The position numbers and the translations under genes are program-made. From Myxococcales bacterium (GTDB lineage: Bacteria > Desulfobacterota > Binatia > HRBIN30): a stretch of 64,000 nt of DNA. The notes under the pieces are model-generated. The model was given only the letters and a program-made list of their open reading frames with translations, searched no databases and had not been told where the DNA came from. The stretch covers positions 96,001-160,000 of the forward strand of contig JBBILD010000001.1 in assembly GCA_037445065.1 (NCBI GenBank). Reading direction: 5' to 3'. The stretch's first letter is position 1, and every line of letters begins with the position of its first letter. This document shows positions 59,522 to 64,000 of the stretch, piece after piece.

Positions 59522-60615
59522 CGCATCTGCTCGAGCACGGTGCGGTATTTTGCACTGAGTGCCGCCAACATTTCCTCGCGCCGGTGATAAAGCCGTTTGG
59601 ACCGGCGGCGCCGCCGGTTGCTCAGCGCGTAGGCAGTGAGAATAGGCAGGGCCACTGTGGTATCTACGTAACAGACGATCGAACGAGGCAGGGCGGCAGG
59701 GTCCACCTTCCCCCAACTCACTGCCTCCGCCGGCGTCGCCCCCGACAACCCTCCGGTGTCGGGACGTGCATCGGTGAATTGGATGAAGTAGTCGTGCCCT
59801 TTTTCGGAGATGCCGAGCACTTCTTGAAGCTGGGGCTCTGTTTGCAGCACGAAGTTTTTGGGAGAGCCCCCTCCCAGGATCAACACACCGCTCCTACCTC
59901 CGCTAGTCTTGGCCTGGAAGACAATCGCCGTGGTCTCGTTTACGTCGCGAGACACGTCGAACGACAGTTGGTTCCCGATCAGGGCCAGCGCGGCAACGTT
60001 CATCCCGATCGAGCTGTCGCCAGGGGAGGAGGTGTAAATCGGTACCCCTTGCCGGTAAGCCGCTGCGAGTAACGAGCGTTTGCCGCCGAGGAGGCGTTCC
60101 CGTTCGGCGACGTACTTGCCGAGCCGGTAGTGGAACTCGGCAGTGCTCATGGAGGTTTGGAACTCCGGGGCGGTCAATACCTTGCGAAAGAAGGCGTCCG
60201 TTTTCAGGAGCACTTCGTACTCGAAGAAGATGTCGTAGATGCGGACGATGCCTTTCTCGCGAAGTTCCACGTCATTGGCGAACGGCGACCCGGCGTGCAG
60301 CTCGAGCCCGATCCCGAAGTGGGTGTCGTGGTACAAGTTCGCCCCGGTGCTCACAATCCAGTCGATGAAACCGGCGTCGACCAGCGGAATCAGAGCGGCG
60401 ATGCCAAGCCCGGCAGGGGTGAGCGCCCCAGTGAGGCTTACCCCCACAGTTACGTTGTCTTCGAGCATTTCGCGCGTGAACAACTGGCAGGCTTCACGCA
60501 AGCGCGCCGCATTGTAAGCGAGAAAGGTATGGTCCACGAGTTCGGTAAGGCTCATGCCCCGGCGAATCGGCTGGGGTTCGATGCGCGGATATCCCTGCAA
60601 ACGATCTTTCTTCAT
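59518..60615 (-). CDS. Deoxyhypusine-synthase-like protein (probable polyamine/homospermidine biosynthesis)
   Basis: [51 protein letters not shown] (catalytic Lys). Confidence 0.9.
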   Translation of the reverse strand: MKKDRLQGYPRIEPQPIRRGMSLTELVDHTFLAYNAARLREACQLFTREMLEDNVTVGVSLTGALTPAGLGIAALIPLVDAGFIDWIVSTGANLYHDTHFGIGLELHAGSPFANDVELREKGIVRIYDIFFEYEVLLKTDAFFRKVLTAPEFQTSMSTAEFHYRLGKYVAERERLLGGKRSLLAAAYRQGVPIYTSSPGDSSIGMNVAALALIGNQLSFDVSRDVNETTAIVFQAKTSGGRSGVLILGGGSPKNFVLQTEPQLQEVLGISEKGHDYFIQFTDARPDTGGLSGATPAEAVSWGKVDPAALPRSIVCYVDTTVALPILTAYALSNRRRRRSKRLYHRREEMLAALSAKYRTVLEQMR

Positions 60616-60766
60616 GGTCCCATCTCGAGCGGAGATCGAAGGTGCGGCGGTCGAGCAGGCGCTAACAAATCTCGCCTGGGCGGTGCAACCGGCCAGGCCG
60701 CAAGAGCAACCGCTGCAGTTGAATGCACAGGGTGGCAACCAGCGTCGAGTGTGCTTTTCCCGCGCT

Positions 60767-61324
60767 TCAGAAGTAGCGGCTGTTCGCCCGGTTGTGACCG
60801 CGTTGGGTGACGAGGGTTTGTACCTCGGCGAATAGCTGGTCGAGCGCCTGCTCTAATTCGAGACGGTTGCACTCGAGTTCTTGCGTGAGATCGCGCAGCC
60901 GCACCGGCTCGAGACTCTCGTAAGCGCGCAGGTAGCGGCGCTGCAGCTCGTTCCGTTCACTCAGAAGGCGGTCGGCCTTGGCCAGCGAAAGCAGTCGCAC
61001 GCTGCCCCCGCAGAGTTCGTTCGTGAGCGAAATCATACGCGCCAGCAACGCGGCGTGGTGGTTGACAACCTCGCTTAACAGGGCCGGCTGGCGCACGGGC
61101 TCGAGAAAGAACGCCAGGCGGAGCTGGCGCAGCGCAGCGTCGGCAGCTCCGAGCTTGAGCAATACATCCGATTGCTGCGCCTTGCGTTGGTGAGTGGCGA
61201 AGCGGCGCCGCTCGAAAAGATTCTCAATTGGCTCGGCTGCCGCAGAGAGAAGCAAAATGATCACGTAAGCGGTGATCACGATAGCGGCGAGGACGACTGC
61301 AACCGAGAAAACCGGTGTCAACAT
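60767..61324 (-). CDS. Hypothetical membrane-anchored coiled-coil protein
   Basis: N-terminal TM helix followed by helical, charged sequence. Confidence 0.6.
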   Translation of the reverse strand: MLTPVFSVAVVLAAIVITAYVIILLLSAAAEPIENLFERRRFATHQRKAQQSDVLLKLGAADAALRQLRLAFFLEPVRQPALLSEVVNHHAALLARMISLTNELCGGSVRLLSLAKADRLLSERNELQRRYLRAYESLEPVRLRDLTQELECNRLELEQALDQLFAEVQTLVTQRGHNRANSRYF

Positions 61325-61467
61325 GGCCGCACGACTTGCTTTTGCTGCAACGATTCAGATCGCAAGGATCGCTCAAATCAGCTGTGTTCCTTCATACGCC
61401 TTGTGGGCCTCTGAAACAATGGGGAAGAATGGAGTCGAGGCTGGATGAGACGCGGTGGGAGGAAACG

Positions 61468-62344
61468 ATGAACAAGGCGTGCCTGTTCCACGATCCCAGT
61501 GACGTGTACGTTGGCCGTTGGGTCACCTCGCACGACATTGAAATCAGCCCCGAACTCGCAGAGTGGTACTGCCAGGGCACCGGAGATTCGCTTCAGTCGT
61601 ACGGTGCTTTCTCCGTGGTCGGCTTGCCGGTTGCACCAGCCTTGATCCTGCACTCGGAGGTGCACAGCGATCTTTGTTGGTACCTTACCATCTTGTTCGG
61701 GAGCCTTCACGCGCGGCAAGAATGGGGGCTGTTCGCACCGATTTGTATTGGCGAACGCGTGCGGACCCAGGTGGTCGTGGTAGAGCGGTACCACAAGCGA
61801 AACCGCAATTACGCGGTAGCGGAAGTGTTGGTGATGGATGAACACGGACATTGGCTGCAGCGGAGCCGCACTCACCAGAGCCTCCCGACAGAGAATCCGG
61901 CGGATGGTTTTGCTGTCGATCGAGAAAGTGAGAAGGAGCCGCGCAAACCGTGGGAGGTCGAACCGCTGGGGGCAGCGCTAGAAGGGTTCGAGCGGATTAT
62001 TTCATTGCCAACGTGCGAGAGCTTCTCCGCTCCAGTCCGCACCTACCACACAGACCGAGAGATGGCGCGGGCGATGGGCTTTCCGGATGTCGTGGTGCAG
62101 GGAATGATGCCGATCTGCTTTGTGTCCGAACTGATGAGCCGGAGTTTCGGACAGGGCGGTGGTACGGGGGGAAGCTGAACGTGAAACTGGTGAACGTCGT
62201 GTGGGCCGGAGACCGCCTGCGTGTTCGTGGAACAGTGACGGAAACCGCCGCGAGGGCGCGAGGACGCGGGCGTTTTGCAAGGTGTGGTGCGAAAAAGACG
62301 GAGGCGTGGTGACATGAGTCGGAACTGCCAGTGCCCTCCGCTGA
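61468..62344 (+). pseudogene. Disrupted double-hotdog (MaoC-like) dehydratase
   Basis: GGAGG-ATG 61468; GSLHARQEW and YHTD..MAR.MGF...VVQGM motifs. Reading continues in a second frame near 62155 (WYGGKLNVKLVNVVWAGD) and a third near 62250 (KVWCEKDGGVVT*VGTASALR*), with an internal TGA at 62315. Confidence 0.7.
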
Positions 62345-62440
62345 TCAAGAAAAGCAGGCGCCCGGTGGAGCGTTCGGACTCCTCCCCGGGGCGGCGCTCG
62401 TGGGTTGCAGGAAGCGAATGCCGGGCTAGGGACATGGACC

Positions 62441-64000
62441 ATGCTGCACAGCGAGCGGATTGCTGCCCTTCGTGAGGCATTAACGCAGCGGATTCTCGTC
62501 TTGGATGGGGCGATGGGTACAGCCATCCAAGGATACCGCTTGACCGCCGAAGACTTCGGGGGCGAGGAATACGAGGGCTGCAACGAATATCTGGTGCTGA
62601 CCCGGCCGGATGTGATCGAGGCCATTCACCGGGGCTACCTGGAGGCAGGCGCGGACATGATCGAGACCAACAGCTTTGGCGGTACTCGAATTGTCCTCGG
62701 CGAATACGGCCTGCAGGACCGGGTTCACGAAATCAACTATGCCGCCGCCCAGCTCGCCCGACGCGCGGCGGATGCGTTTTCGACGCCGGAACGCCCACGC
62801 TTTGTAGCCGGCTCGATGGGTCCTGGCACCAAGTCGATCTCCGTCACCGGCGGGGTCACGTTCGAGCAAGTACGCGAGGTGTACCGCGAGCAAGCCCGCG
62901 CTCTGATCCAAGGTGGTGTCGACGTGTTGTATTTGGAAACGCAACAAGACACGCTCAACGTCAAGGCCTCCCTGCTTGGGATCCAAGATGCGCAGCGGGA
63001 TTTAGAAACCGCCGTTCCAGTGGTGCTCTCGGTTTCGATCGAAACCATGGGAACCATGCTCGCCGGCCAGTCGATCGAGGCTTTGTACGTGTCGGTGGCT
63101 CATTGGGACCTGTTAGCCATCGGCATGAACTGCGCTACCGGGCCGGACTTCATGACCGATCACTTGCGGACGTTGGCGGAGATCTCTCGGTTCCCGATCT
63201 CCGTATTTCCGAACGCTGGTCTGCCGGACGAAGAAGGGCATTACCATGAATCCCCAGAGCAGTTGGCGAAAAAAATCGAACGCTTTTGCGCGGAAGGCTG
63301 GGTGAACGTGATTGGCGGATGCTGCGGTACGACAGCCACGCACATCCGAGCCTTAGTTGAGGTGGCGCGCAAATACCCGCCCCGTCAGGTTCACCCCCCA
63401 CGGCGCTGTGCCGTGGCGGGCGTCGAAGTGCTGGTAATCGATGAGGATACCCGCCCGGTCCTGGTGGGCGAGCGGACCAATGTGCTGGGCAGCCGGAAAT
63501 TTAAGGAGCTGATTGCACAAGGAGACTTCGAACAAGCAGCCGAGATTGGACGCGCTCAGGTGCGTAAAGGCGCGCACGTGCTCGACGTTTGCTTGCAGGA
63601 TCCCGATCGGAACGAGGTCGAGGACATGCGGCGCTTCCTCGAAGTGCTGGTACGGCGCATCAAAGTGCCGATTATGATCGATTCCACCGACCCGGTGGTC
63701 ATCGAGGAAGCACTCAAACGCACGCCGGGCAAATCCATTATCAACTCGATCAACCTGGAAGACGGCGAAGAACGCTTTGCGCGCGTTGTGCCGTTGGCCC
63801 GCGCCTACGGTGCGGCGCTGGTGGTAGGGTGTATCGATGAGAACAAGGAGCAGGCCCAGGCGATCACCCGGGAACGCAAGCTGGAAATCGCCCTGCGTTC
63901 GTACGATCTGTTGACCCGGAAGTACGGTGTTCCGGCGGAGGACATCATTTTCGATGCCCTTGTCTTTCCGGTGGGCACCGGGGACCGCAATTACATTGGC
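62441..64000 (+). CDS. metH: Cobalamin-dependent methionine synthase (partial; runs off window end)
   Basis: Not in the ORF track. Manual translation MLHSERIAALREALTQRILVLDGAMGT..., ETNSFG, GMNCATGP, PNAGLP, IGGCCGT, VGERTNVLGSRKF. Confidence 0.95.
   Translation, partial: MLHSERIAALREALTQRILVLDGAMGTAIQGYRLTAEDFGGEEYEGCNEYLVLTRPDVIEAIHRGYLEAGADMIETNSFGGTRIVLGEYGLQDRVHEINYAAAQLARRAADAFSTPERPRFVAGSMGPGTKSISVTGGVTFEQVREVYREQARALIQGGVDVLYLETQQDTLNVKASLLGIQDAQRDLETAVPVVLSVSIETMGTMLAGQSIEALYVSVAHWDLLAIGMNCATGPDFMTDHLRTLAEISRFPISVFPNAGLPDEEGHYHESPEQLAKKIERFCAEGWVNVIGGCCGTTATHIRALVEVARKYPPRQVHPPRRCAVAGVEVLVIDEDTRPVLVGERTNVLGSRKFKELIAQGDFEQAAEIGRAQVRKGAHVLDVCLQDPDRNEVEDMRRFLEVLVRRIKVPIMIDSTDPVVIEEALKRTPGKSIINSINLEDGEERFARVVPLARAYGAALVVGCIDENKEQAQAITRERKLEIALRSYDLLTRKYGVPAEDIIFDALVFPVGTGDRNYIG

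Noticed and set aside
62315..62317. In-frame TGA as possible selenocysteine
   Set aside because: The position is not a Cys-type site, it co-occurs with two frameshifts, and no convincing SECIS follows. Pseudogenisation is simpler.
62345..62440. Possible cobalamin or SAM riboswitch upstream of metH
   Set aside because: The gap is under 100 bp and I could not recognise B12-box or S-box consensus sequences.
1..64000. CRISPR arrays, tRNA/rRNA, IS elements, prophage or defence islands
   Set aside because: No regularly spaced repeats, cloverleaf or rRNA signatures, or transposase/integrase/cas motifs were seen by eye, and composition looks uniform.

Overview
High-GC bacterial chromosomal window. 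The gene repertoire (DUF1329 protein, several acyl-CoA dehydrogenases and CoA-transferases, P450) is suggestive of Candidatus Binatia / Deltaproteobacteria-like lineages, but that is inference only. It is densely packed with about 50 housekeeping and metabolic genes: partial dsbD, ribB-ribA-like fusion, PTS EIIA-sucA-sucB-lpdA-pfp, lipid/CoA catabolism genes, rpiA, an NtrY-type kinase, cell-envelope genes, an RpoD-family sigma, LonC and Hsp20, a complex I cluster, DNA repair genes (nth, family-5 UDG, Smr), an MCP, P450, a DHS-like gene, and partial metH. I saw no tRNA/rRNA, CRISPR array, transposase or prophage. The most striking observation is an NtrY-like histidine kinase followed by a protein in which an intact NtrX-type receiver domain is fused to a catalytically complete LpxC, a candidate two-component system whose output is the committed step of lipid A synthesis. 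Other notable items: a nuoB-G-I-CD-EF cluster encoding only the peripheral arm of complex I in scrambled order; an intergenic RNA with mutually exclusive hairpins upstream of a CoA-transferase; a DUF35-Ltp2-like fusion next to a P450; a Zn-less RibA domain; a hairpin-rich hsp20 leader; and a triply disrupted MaoC-like pseudogene. All calls come from motif recognition by eye. No searches were run, and start codons are best estimates.
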